Positions 48,087-56,112 of a stretch of DNA of 58,638 nucleotides are shown here, in pieces. Numbering within the stretch: the stretch's first letter is position 1; each line of letters starts with the position of its first letter. The stretch is from a virus (Duplodnaviria; Caudoviricetes), in the IMG/VR virus record IMGVR_UViG_3300042868_006575, positions 1 to 58,638 of that record; one strand, 5' to 3'. Under the pieces are notes generated by a model. The model made no database searches, was not told the origin of the DNA, and worked only from the letters and a program-made list of their open reading frames with translations. The translations under genes were made by a program, and so were the position numbers.

Positions 48087-48137
48087 TTAATTTAATTAAG
48101 CAAAAGTAATTAATTTAATTAAATAAATATATCTTTG
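48087..48137. promoter_or_regulatory. Divergent promoters with two TTAATTTAATTAA dyads
   Basis: TACTTTTG minus 48101-48108; TATCTTTG plus 48130-48137; dyads 48087-48099 and 48110-48122. Confidence 0.65.
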
Positions 48138-48152
48138 CCTAAAATAATTATT

Positions 48153-48530
48153 ATGAAAATAGAAGTAAGCATTGGCGAAATAGCCGATAAGTACACCATC
48201 TTAACCATCAAATCATTTGAAATTTTAGACGAGCAAAAGCAAATTAACATTAAAAAAGAATGGAAGTACATCAATAGTGTAATAAAAGAAAGCTTTCCTG
48301 AATTAGCCGCAGATCCATTGACACATAGGCTTTTGGATATAAACAGGCAGTTGTGGGTGGTAGAAGATTCCCTCCGAGATTGCGAAAACGACAGGGAGTT
48401 TGATAAGTTGTTTGTCTTTTTGGCAAGGCAGGTTTACAGGCTAAATGACCAAAGAGCAGACATCAAGAAGCAAATCAACATAAAGTATAAGTCCGACATT
48501 GTGGAGGAGAAGTCGTATAACGCTTATTAA
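48153..48530 (+). CDS. DUF6165-like protein
   Basis: IEVSIGEIADKYTILTIK...LWVVED...ARQVYRLNDQRA...EEKSY; ATG 48153 preferred over TTG inside promoter box. Confidence 0.75.
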   Translation: MKIEVSIGEIADKYTILTIKSFEILDEQKQINIKKEWKYINSVIKESFPELAADPLTHRLLDINRQLWVVEDSLRDCENDREFDKLFVFLARQVYRLNDQRADIKKQINIKYKSDIVEEKSYNAY

Positions 48531-48578
48531 TTTATATTTTTTGCGCACAATTTGACAGAAAAAAGTTATTTTTGATAG

Positions 48579-49016
48579 ATGAATAGACTCGCTATCATAA
48601 TGATTTTTTTCTGCTCCTGTGCTTCGGTTAAAAAAACCGAGAGGAGAATGGATAGTACAGTTGTAAGATCCATTGATAGTGTGAGAGTTACGTTCTATGA
48701 TAGCGTTACAAAAGTAATAGAAAAAGAACAATATTTTACCAAAACCATTACATACTACGATACCTTATGGGTAACCAAAGATAGTATGATAACCATACCA
48801 AAGTACACAGAAGTATGGACAACTGGTACACGCGAAAGGCAATCTGAAGCCAAGCTAACCAAAACCGACTCTGCCAATATTTCAAAAGCAGAAGAAATCA
48901 CGAAAACATTAGTAGAAAAAGATAAGAAGAAAATGGCCAATAACTTTTACAAGTTCTTGTTCTTTGTTCTTATTGCCCTTGTCGTTATTTACATTTATAC
49001 CAAGCTCAAAAAATGA
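48579..49016 (+). CDS. Lipoprotein with C-terminal TM helix (spanin-like)
   Basis: Lipobox-like FFCSC plus hydrophobic C-terminus. Confidence 0.6.
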   Translation: MNRLAIIMIFFCSCASVKKTERRMDSTVVRSIDSVRVTFYDSVTKVIEKEQYFTKTITYYDTLWVTKDSMITIPKYTEVWTTGTRERQSEAKLTKTDSANISKAEEITKTLVEKDKKKMANNFYKFLFFVLIALVVIYIYTKLKK

Positions 49017-49099
49017 AACGTATAAATCATAATATCAAAGGGTATGTATTCGCTTTAGTTTACGTTATTATTGTACTCTTAATATTATTATTTATATGA
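49013..49099 (+). CDS. 28-aa membrane peptide (not in ORF track)
   Basis: MKRINHNIKGYVFALVYVIIVLLILLFI; ATGA overlaps at both ends. Confidence 0.55.
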   Translation: MKRINHNIKGYVFALVYVIIVLLILLFI

Positions 49100-49356
49100 A
49101 AAAATTATTCAACTGGGTGGCTGGATTTTTCTCAGCAGATAGCCCAAATTCAAGCAAAAGACTTGTAGGTATTGTAGGTGCTGGTTTCTTATACTGGACA
49201 CTTTATTCAAATTCACATAGCGAAAACCATATAGCTCCAGCCGAATCATTGGTATGGGGTACTGTAACTTTGGTATGCACTTCTTTAGGATTAGCTTCTG
49301 TAAAGGAGATAGGAGATTTAATTGGTAACTTTAAAGGCAATAAAACATCTGAATAG
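49096..49356 (+). CDS. Holin-like two-TM protein
   Basis: SSKRLVG then two hydrophobic helices. Confidence 0.6.
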   Translation: MKKLFNWVAGFFSADSPNSSKRLVGIVGAGFLYWTLYSNSHSENHIAPAESLVWGTVTLVCTSLGLASVKEIGDLIGNFKGNKTSE

Positions 49357-49358
49357 AA

Positions 49359-49619
49359 ATGGAAGCAGCAATCCAAAAACAAGTTGAACAAACTTGGCAC
49401 TCAAAGGCGTCATTAGTTATTTTACTTCTAACTATATTAGGTGGATATTATGGGCTTACTGGTAAGTTTGAAGAAGATGGTAAAAAGTATGAAAACCATG
49501 AGGTTCGTATCGGTCAGTTAGAGGCGGATAAAAAAGAGATGAGAGATGATATTAAAGACATCAAAAAAACTAACGAGCAGATATTGATTTTATTACAAAA
49601 TAAAGAAGATCGTAAATAA
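49359..49619 (+). CDS. TM + coiled-coil protein (lysis cassette)
   Basis: N-terminal TM, heptad C-terminus. Confidence 0.65.
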   Translation: MEAAIQKQVEQTWHSKASLVILLLTILGGYYGLTGKFEEDGKKYENHEVRIGQLEADKKEMRDDIKDIKKTNEQILILLQNKEDRK

Positions 49620-49945
49620 TGGCAAAGGCAGTAAGAAAAAAAGCAGAAGAATCAGAAGGTTTAAAGATAGGGGCTAACCCTCTACCTATAAGCTTTGCTC
49701 AATTCTCAAAGAATCCAGTCGTTGGTACTATGTTCTTGGTTATCATAGGTATTTCAGCTTTGTATGTAGACATTAGAAGCACTTTTAACAAGCAGATTGA
49801 TGGTCAAGGTAGCAAGATTGAGAAGCTAGAAGTAAAGGTTGATGTGTTGCAAGATGCGGTTCGTAGATGTGATAGTTCTTTATCATCAGCAACAACCAAG
49901 TTAAGTACTTTAAATCAATTAGGTAAGATACAAAATATCAAGTAA
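49619..49945 (+). CDS. TM + coiled-coil protein (lysis cassette)
   Basis: FSKNPVVGTMFLVIIGISALY then coil. Confidence 0.65.
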   Translation: MAKAVRKKAEESEGLKIGANPLPISFAQFSKNPVVGTMFLVIIGISALYVDIRSTFNKQIDGQGSKIEKLEVKVDVLQDAVRRCDSSLSSATTKLSTLNQLGKIQNIK

Positions 49946-50268
49946 TGAAATATTTATTCATTTTATTCGTTCTGTATGGGTGTCAATCTGCAAGCACGCA
50001 AGCGGTAAGTGATGAAAATATGAAGGAGCTAGAGTTCCAGAAGCTTATGCAGGGGGTTCAAAAAACCAACGAGTTAAGCGCAATAACACAACAAAAGGCA
50101 GCAGAAAAAGAGGTTCAGATAGTAGGAAAGGCTGTATCAACTATAGTAAGTTTAAAATCAGAAGTTAACCAATTAAAATCTGAACTAAATGAAATTAAAA
50201 GCAAGCTTGACTCTGCTAATACTGTTGACACTAGCAGCGAGAAATTCCAGCTTCGCCCAATACGTTAA
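49945..50268 (+). CDS. Coiled-coil lipoprotein (spanin-like)
   Basis: Lipobox LYGC. Confidence 0.6.
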   Translation: MKYLFILFVLYGCQSASTQAVSDENMKELEFQKLMQGVQKTNELSAITQQKAAEKEVQIVGKAVSTIVSLKSEVNQLKSELNEIKSKLDSANTVDTSSEKFQLRPIR

Positions 50269-50638
50269 GAAGATAGGCGGAGAGGAAAAGATAATCATAA
50301 GTAGAGCAGAAGGGCAAAAGATTAATGCTGCCTTTGATAGCCTTAACAATGTGGTTAGCTATCAAAATAATAAGATAGATAGTTTATTGAAGCGACACGA
50401 GTCTGTAAAAGATAGTTTGAAGTTAGAGATTTATAGTTTGTTTAGAATTAAAGATACATTGAACTATCAGAATAAAGTTAGTATAGATACTCTTAATGAT
50501 TACAAATCAAGATACTATAAAAATATAGCTATATACAATCAGTTTGAAAAAGATGTGAAGTTTGAACAAAAGCTACATAAATTCAATAGTGTCTTGTTTA
50601 CATTATTAGTAATATTTCTTTACTCTCAAATAAAATAA
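50189..50638 (+). CDS. Signal peptide + coiled coil + C-terminal TM protein (spanin-like)
   Basis: Overlaps previous gene by 80 nt in Rz/Rz1-like fashion. Confidence 0.55.
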   Translation: MKLKASLTLLILLTLAARNSSFAQYVKKIGGEEKIIISRAEGQKINAAFDSLNNVVSYQNNKIDSLLKRHESVKDSLKLEIYSLFRIKDTLNYQNKVSIDTLNDYKSRYYKNIAIYNQFEKDVKFEQKLHKFNSVLFTLLVIFLYSQIK

Positions 50639-50639
50639 A

Positions 50640-51239
50640 ATGAAATTAGAAGCGTTATCAACAAAAATTCCTGCTAACGTAATGGAGGAAATACCTTTGA
50701 TTATTGAAAAATTTGGTATTGATGGTCCGTTGAGGCTATCTCATTTTTTATCTCAATGCGCCCATGAAAGCGGTAACTTTAAGTTCGTAAAAGAAAACTT
50801 AAACTATTCTGCTGATGGCCTTCGTAAGATATTCCCTAAATATTTTCCAACTATAGAATTAGCAAACAAGTATGCAAGACAACCAGAAAAGATTGCCAAC
50901 AAAGTTTATGGTGGACGCATGGGTAATGGTGATGAAGCTTCAGGAGATGGTTTTAAGTTCAGAGGTCGTGGTTATATTCAGCTTACTGGTAAGGATAATT
51001 ACGCAGCGTTTGATAAGTTTGTAGATGATGATATTATGGCTAATCCGGATTTAGTGGCTACCAAATACCCACTTACTTCTGCTGCCTTCTTCTTCCATAA
51101 GAATAAGTTATGGGACGTATGCGACAAAGGTCATGGCGATGATGTAGTGTTGGCAGTTACAAAGCGTGTGAATGGTGGTACTCATGGCTTGACTGATAGA
51201 CAAGAGAAATTTGATTTATTCCATAGCACACTAGCATAA
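50640..51239 (+). CDS. GH19 (chitinase-class) endolysin
   Basis: HFLSQCAHESG, ENLNYS, FRGRGYIQLTGKDNY, VNGGTHGL. Confidence 0.93.
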   Translation: MKLEALSTKIPANVMEEIPLIIEKFGIDGPLRLSHFLSQCAHESGNFKFVKENLNYSADGLRKIFPKYFPTIELANKYARQPEKIANKVYGGRMGNGDEASGDGFKFRGRGYIQLTGKDNYAAFDKFVDDDIMANPDLVATKYPLTSAAFFFHKNKLWDVCDKGHGDDVVLAVTKRVNGGTHGLTDRQEKFDLFHSTLA

Positions 51240-52237
51240 TGGCAAATCAGCATACAGGTCCAACACAGAAAAATAGATTATTAAGAGAGCTCTTATTGGA
51301 GTTCCCTAATAGTTCTAAATCTAATTTAGGGAAAATAGCATTTGAAAGGTATCCTCATTTGTTTGATAATCCTGAAGCGGCTAGAATGATGATTAGGCAG
51401 ATAACTGGAGCTAATGGCGAAATACATAGAAAACATACAAAAAACATAATGGAACACAAACCACAATTACCTCCTTCAAATTGCAAGGAAAGAGAATTTC
51501 AAATTCTACCAAAAGAGTGTAGTAATATACTTTGGTTATCTGATGTACATATCCCTAACCAAGACAATGAAGCCATTGAATTAGCCGTTAAATATGGCAA
51601 AGAGCATAATATAAACTGCATTGTATTAGGAGGTGACATATTGGATAACACTCCGTTTACAAGCCATGATGCGCCACCGCCGGGCCTAGATGATGTTAGA
51701 ACATGGTTTCAATATGCCAAACAATTTATAGAATATCTAAAATATCAATTCCCTAAAGCCAAGTTCTATTGGATTGAAGGTAATCATGACGCGTGGATTA
51801 AGCGCTATCTAATGAAGAAGGCTCCAATATTATTCAGTGATGAGTATTACCACCTTCCACAAAGAATGAAGCTTGATGAGTTGGGTGTAAAGTTCTTTGC
51901 GGAGCATGTAGTTTTAATGGCTGGTAAGTTGCAGATGCATCATGGTCACACAATGATTCGTGGAGTATTTGCTCCCGTAAATGCAGCCAGAGGATTATTC
52001 CTTCGTGTTAAATCAAATGCTATCATTGGTCATGTGCATACCACTAGCCATCACGTTGAGAAAACATTGAAAGGAGAAACCATTGGTACATGGTCGGTTG
52101 GTTGTCTTTGTACGCTGGCTCCGGATTATGATCCACATGGAACAAAACACAATTTAGGATTTGCTCATATTTTAGTAGAAAAGAACGGAGATTTTAAGGT
52201 AAATAATATAGCTATTCATGAAGGACGTATCATCTAA
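51239..52237 (+). CDS. Calcineurin-like metallophosphoesterase
   Basis: SDVH, GGDILD, GNHD, HGH, GHVH motifs. Confidence 0.88.
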   Translation: MANQHTGPTQKNRLLRELLLEFPNSSKSNLGKIAFERYPHLFDNPEAARMMIRQITGANGEIHRKHTKNIMEHKPQLPPSNCKEREFQILPKECSNILWLSDVHIPNQDNEAIELAVKYGKEHNINCIVLGGDILDNTPFTSHDAPPPGLDDVRTWFQYAKQFIEYLKYQFPKAKFYWIEGNHDAWIKRYLMKKAPILFSDEYYHLPQRMKLDELGVKFFAEHVVLMAGKLQMHHGHTMIRGVFAPVNAARGLFLRVKSNAIIGHVHTTSHHVEKTLKGETIGTWSVGCLCTLAPDYDPHGTKHNLGFAHILVEKNGDFKVNNIAIHEGRII

Positions 52238-52445
52238 AGTAGATCACCCAGCGCACTATAACGCTGGAAAAATAGAATGTATAGATGCCGTTGAGGAGGC
52301 AATAAAAGGATTAGACGGAGATGAAGCATTTGCCATTGGTAATGCCATCAAGTATTTGTGGAGGTGGAAGCGCAAAGGCGGTAAAGAAGATTTAAAAAAA
52401 GCAGTTTGGTATATTGAAAGATTAATCAACAATCCAAATAAATGA
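52218..52445 (+). CDS. DUF3310 family protein
   Basis: VDHPAHY...IECID...GNAIKYLWR...EDLKKAVWY. Confidence 0.88.
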   Translation: MKDVSSKVDHPAHYNAGKIECIDAVEEAIKGLDGDEAFAIGNAIKYLWRWKRKGGKEDLKKAVWYIERLINNPNK

Positions 52446-53062
52446 AATTCCCTATAGATAATAAGTTCAAGCCCTTTGTAAACTCTCTCAAAAGGCAATG
52501 CAGAGAGTATAAGATAGAGCTGGTCTTATCGCCTAGCAAAAAGGTTGTTGTTACCGGTGATTTTGAAACTGAATGTGGGGGTTACTTTGACGGAGATGAT
52601 AAACTTCTAGTGGTTGCGTGTGGTAAGCCATTTGCCATGTGGTCCGAAATATTAGTACACGAATCCTCTCACATGGATCAATGGAAATCAGATGAAAGAT
52701 GGGATAAATGGGGTATATCATGCAGCAATATGTGGGCATGGCTATCGGGAGATAAGATAATGAACAAGAGCCAAGTGTCAAAAATGCTTGATGATATGAT
52801 AGAGCTGGAGAAGGATTGTGAGATGAGAGCGGTGGAAAAAATAAAGAAGTGGGGGCTACCAATAAATATTCCATTGTATACCCAGAAAGCCAACATCTAC
52901 CTTTATAGCTATGGCTTAATGGATAAGCTAAAAAAGTTCCCTACCGATATTTACAGAGATACAAAGCTGATAGAAATGGCTCCAACTACCTTTCAAAAGA
53001 ACTACAAAAGAGTGCCAGAAAAGATAGCCAAGCACATGATTGAATTTTATTCCAAAAAATAA
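52442..53062 (+). CDS. Zincin-like HExxH metalloprotein
   Basis: LVHESSHMDQW and downstream ELEKDCE. Confidence 0.6.
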   Translation: MKFPIDNKFKPFVNSLKRQCREYKIELVLSPSKKVVVTGDFETECGGYFDGDDKLLVVACGKPFAMWSEILVHESSHMDQWKSDERWDKWGISCSNMWAWLSGDKIMNKSQVSKMLDDMIELEKDCEMRAVEKIKKWGLPINIPLYTQKANIYLYSYGLMDKLKKFPTDIYRDTKLIEMAPTTFQKNYKRVPEKIAKHMIEFYSKK

Positions 53063-53066
53063 TTTT

Positions 53067-53093
53067 TTAATTTAATTAACTCGGTTAACTTTG
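53067..53093 (+). promoter_or_regulatory. Dyad plus promoter of second glycosylation operon
   Basis: TTAATTTAATTAA 53067-53079; TAACTTTG 53086-53093. Confidence 0.6.
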
Positions 53094-53105
53094 GAAAAAA
53101 AACAC

Positions 53106-54035
53106 ATGAAACTAAGATTTATTTGCGCTCAACCAACTTCCCTTTATTATGCATGGCAAGTAGAAGTTATGATAAATAACTTTATTGAAATGGGTATAAA
53201 TCCTAATATGATAGACATTGTTTGTTGGAAAATAAATGATGTTATTCCGGAGGAGTGGACTAAGCTGGCTGCCAATTATCCTGCAAGGTTCTTTTTTTAT
53301 TCTGATACCAGAGAAACCTCGCATTACATATCTTCAATACGTCCTAATATCTTAAAGCAGCACTTTGCAGCGCATCAATACATAGAGCAAGAGGCAGTCC
53401 TTTATCATGATTGCGATATAGCTTTTACCAAAAAGATAAACTGGGAGCAGTTTCTTGAAGATGACAAGTGGTATGGATCTGATTGTCGCTGGTACATAGC
53501 CCATAGCTACATATTAGGCAAAGGCCAAGACGTAATGGATAAGATGTGTGAAATAGTAGATATACCAGAAACATTGGTAAAAGACAATGAACTTAACTCA
53601 ATCGGAGCGCAATATTTAATGAAAGGCGTCAATGCGCGGTTTTGGGCGGACGTTGAAAAAGACTGCGAAAGACTATTCCATGAGGTAACGCAACTTAATA
53701 ATGAAAAGAAGCAAGCGGATCCAAGTCATCATGAATTACAGATATGGTGTGCAGATATGTGGGCGGTGCTATGGAACGGCTGGAAGCGTGGAGCGGAAAC
53801 AGTTTGCCATCCAGAATTAGAGTTTTCATGGGGTACAAGTACAGAAGCAGATTGGGATAGGTTAAATATATTCCACAATGCCGGTGTTACTACATCTGCC
53901 GGTGGGTTGTTTTACAAAGCAGAATACATGAATCAGTTGCCTTATGGTGCAACATTGAATATAAACGAGGGAACGGCCAGCAAGAAATACTGGGATATTA
54001 TACAAGAAACCGCTAAAAAATCAGTTTTATTATGA
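53106..54035 (+). CDS. GT-A glycosyltransferase resembling peptidyl-serine galactosyltransferase / Hyp-arabinosyltransferase (GT96/GT95)
   Basis: YYAWQ, YISSIRP, YHDCD (DxD), WCADMW in the same order as recalled SERGT1/HPAT motifs YFDWQ, YxxxNKP, LDAD, WISEMY. Confidence 0.65.
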   Translation: MKLRFICAQPTSLYYAWQVEVMINNFIEMGINPNMIDIVCWKINDVIPEEWTKLAANYPARFFFYSDTRETSHYISSIRPNILKQHFAAHQYIEQEAVLYHDCDIAFTKKINWEQFLEDDKWYGSDCRWYIAHSYILGKGQDVMDKMCEIVDIPETLVKDNELNSIGAQYLMKGVNARFWADVEKDCERLFHEVTQLNNEKKQADPSHHELQIWCADMWAVLWNGWKRGAETVCHPELEFSWGTSTEADWDRLNIFHNAGVTTSAGGLFYKAEYMNQLPYGATLNINEGTASKKYWDIIQETAKKSVLL

Positions 54036-54544
54036 CAACAAAAGTAGTAGAGTCGGAGAATCCACTTGAACATTGGAACGACATCCAGAATGTAGAAGGC
54101 AAAGTGGTGTTGGATTTAGGGTGCGGTTGGTTGTTCCAGCCATTTGAATCAACTCCGCAATATTTCATAAATAGAGGGGCTAAAAAAATAATTGGTGTAG
54201 ACGCATCATGCGGAGAGATTGAGAAACTAAATTCAACCTTCCCTGAACATACTTTTATTTGTAAAACCATTTCTAATTTTGATGATTTGCTTGGCTTGAT
54301 TACGGATCATAAGCCACAATTAATTAAAATGGATATAGAAGGCCATGAGCAACACATGAAGCATATTACTGCTGAACAATTTGAATCAGTGGAGGAGATA
54401 GCGGTTGAATACCACAATCCTACATGCAAAGAAATACTAGAAAAAAAATTAACTGAATTAGGTTTTGAGATATTTGCAACTAATCAATTTGGTTGGTTCT
54501 GCACAGATATTGAGCAAATGGGCATAATGCACGCAAAAAGATAA
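54032..54544 (+). CDS. Class I SAM methyltransferase (FkbM-like)
   Basis: VLDLGCG, IKMDIEGHE, VEYH. Confidence 0.75.
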   Translation: MTTKVVESENPLEHWNDIQNVEGKVVLDLGCGWLFQPFESTPQYFINRGAKKIIGVDASCGEIEKLNSTFPEHTFICKTISNFDDLLGLITDHKPQLIKMDIEGHEQHMKHITAEQFESVEEIAVEYHNPTCKEILEKKLTELGFEIFATNQFGWFCTDIEQMGIMHAKR

Positions 54545-54545
54545 T

Positions 54546-55406
54546 ATGATCATAAATAAAGCAACATACGGAGGTCAAGATTGTACTCAATTAATTAAGG
54601 ATAAAGTAGTATCAGATAAGCTTGTAGTAAGAGCTAATAATGATATTATAGGCGATCCGGCCGTTGGGGAGGTAAAGTATTTAGAGCTGGATATAGACGG
54701 CAATTTATTTAGTGTAAGGGAAGGTGGGGTATTTGTATATCCCAAGTCTAAAAGTAAAAAATTAGGCATATTCTATTCCAATAACAACAATAAAAAGATA
54801 TGGCCTTCAATATACAAGTCATTAAATACAATTAAGCAAGCCAGTAATGGAGTTGCGGACATTGTTACTTGTATGTGGGAGCCTATGCCGGAAAACCCTT
54901 TCTATCAAGTTAGAAGCTGGTACCAATCCCAATCTCATCTTAATCAGTTGCTCCAAATTATGCAGTGCCTTTACGCTGCACAAGAAACCGGTGAATATGA
55001 TTACGTTTCTTTTTTAGAGCATGACGTAATGTATCCAGAAGGATACTTTGATTTCCCTGAATTTGAGAGGGGCAGCGTTCTTACCAATATGAACTATGGC
55101 GGTCTTTGTATTAATGGTTGGCAAGAAAGAGGCCAAGATGATGAGCCATTTCACCAAATGACTATGAGATTTGAAGATGCCATTGAGCATTGCTTGTCAA
55201 TTTTGCCTAATGCCCTAAAAACGAACAGCGGTATGATTGAAAATCAAACAATAAGGCGGATCCAATGGAACTGCCAAAATCAAGCTATTCATATCAATCA
55301 TGGCGTACATTTTACCAGCCATAACTCAATATATCGCAAAGATAATTTATCTTTAACTCATAATTACTGGGGCGAATTGTCTAGTTATACCAATTTATTT
55401 GTATGA
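54546..55406 (+). CDS. Lectin-like N-domain + GT-A glycosyltransferase
   Basis: KATYG...GDPAVGEVKYL (SUEL/DUF3395-like); SFLEHDVMY. Confidence 0.6.
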   Translation: MIINKATYGGQDCTQLIKDKVVSDKLVVRANNDIIGDPAVGEVKYLELDIDGNLFSVREGGVFVYPKSKSKKLGIFYSNNNNKKIWPSIYKSLNTIKQASNGVADIVTCMWEPMPENPFYQVRSWYQSQSHLNQLLQIMQCLYAAQETGEYDYVSFLEHDVMYPEGYFDFPEFERGSVLTNMNYGGLCINGWQERGQDDEPFHQMTMRFEDAIEHCLSILPNALKTNSGMIENQTIRRIQWNCQNQAIHINHGVHFTSHNSIYRKDNLSLTHNYWGELSSYTNLFV

Positions 55407-55627
55407 ACAAGTTAAAAGAAATATTCCTATCGTACGCAGCTTCTATGAATCCAACAGAAGAACAAAGCCAGCTTGCGCAAGAAAGACTCTTAACTTGTTT
55501 TGATTGTGAGCATTGGGTTCAGGGTGCAGTACGGGACTATTGTGAAGTATGTGGCTGCACAACAAGTAAAAAAGTTTTCTCACCAAAAGGGGCAGACGCT
55601 TGTCCAAAAGGCAAATGGCAAAACTGA
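55403..55627 (+). CDS. Cys-rich DUF6171-like protein
   Basis: ERLLTCFDC...CEVCGC...CPKGKW. Confidence 0.75.
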   Translation: MNKLKEIFLSYAASMNPTEEQSQLAQERLLTCFDCEHWVQGAVRDYCEVCGCTTSKKVFSPKGADACPKGKWQN

Positions 55628-55785
55628 TGAAAACGTACCGCATATTCTTCGACAAGGACGGCACTAAAATGACTAAGTTAGTTTATGCCGTTTCAATGTC
55701 TGATGTGCTACAAAAATACAAAGACTTAAAGATACTATCTGTTGTCCAAATAGATCTTCCTCCTCCCGAAGATGAAGAGGATTAA
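55627..55785 (+). CDS. Small hypothetical protein
   Basis: TGATG-coupled start MKTYRIFF. Confidence 0.55.
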   Translation: MKTYRIFFDKDGTKMTKLVYAVSMSDVLQKYKDLKILSVVQIDLPPPEDEED

Positions 55786-55893
55786 TTCCTTTATTGCAAA
55801 TGTTATTATGATTGTGCCATAAAGTAGCAGAAATACTGGTACTCCAATCAAAAAGAAAAATAATACTTTGAAAATCATGATAAGGTGGTTCAT
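55735..55893 (-). CDS. 52-aa membrane protein (not in ORF track)
   Basis: MNHLIMIFKVLFFFLIGVPVFLLLYG...; AAAAACCATG context. Confidence 0.45.
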   Translation of the reverse strand: MNHLIMIFKVLFFFLIGVPVFLLLYGTIIITFAIKELILFIFGRRKIYLDNR

Positions 55894-55908
55894 GGTTTTT
55901 GTTTTAGG

Positions 55909-56052
55909 TTATTTGGTTTGTATTGAATTTATTTTAGACTGCATTTCAGCCATTTTAATTTCCATGTTATTCTTTTGCTCTATCATGGCAGCTATAACCA
56001 CTACTAATGCGCCTATAATCCATAACAAGACAATAATAATTAGTGTTCTCAT
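55909..56052 (-). CDS. 47-aa TM + coil protein (not in ORF track)
   Basis: MRTLIIIVLLWIIGALVVVIAAMIEQKNNME... Confidence 0.55.
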   Translation of the reverse strand: MRTLIIIVLLWIIGALVVVIAAMIEQKNNMEIKMAEMQSKINSIQTK

Positions 56053-56112
56053 ATAATAAATTTGTTATATCGTAAAGCTATTACTTTACTAAAAGTAGTA
56101 GTATTACTACCT

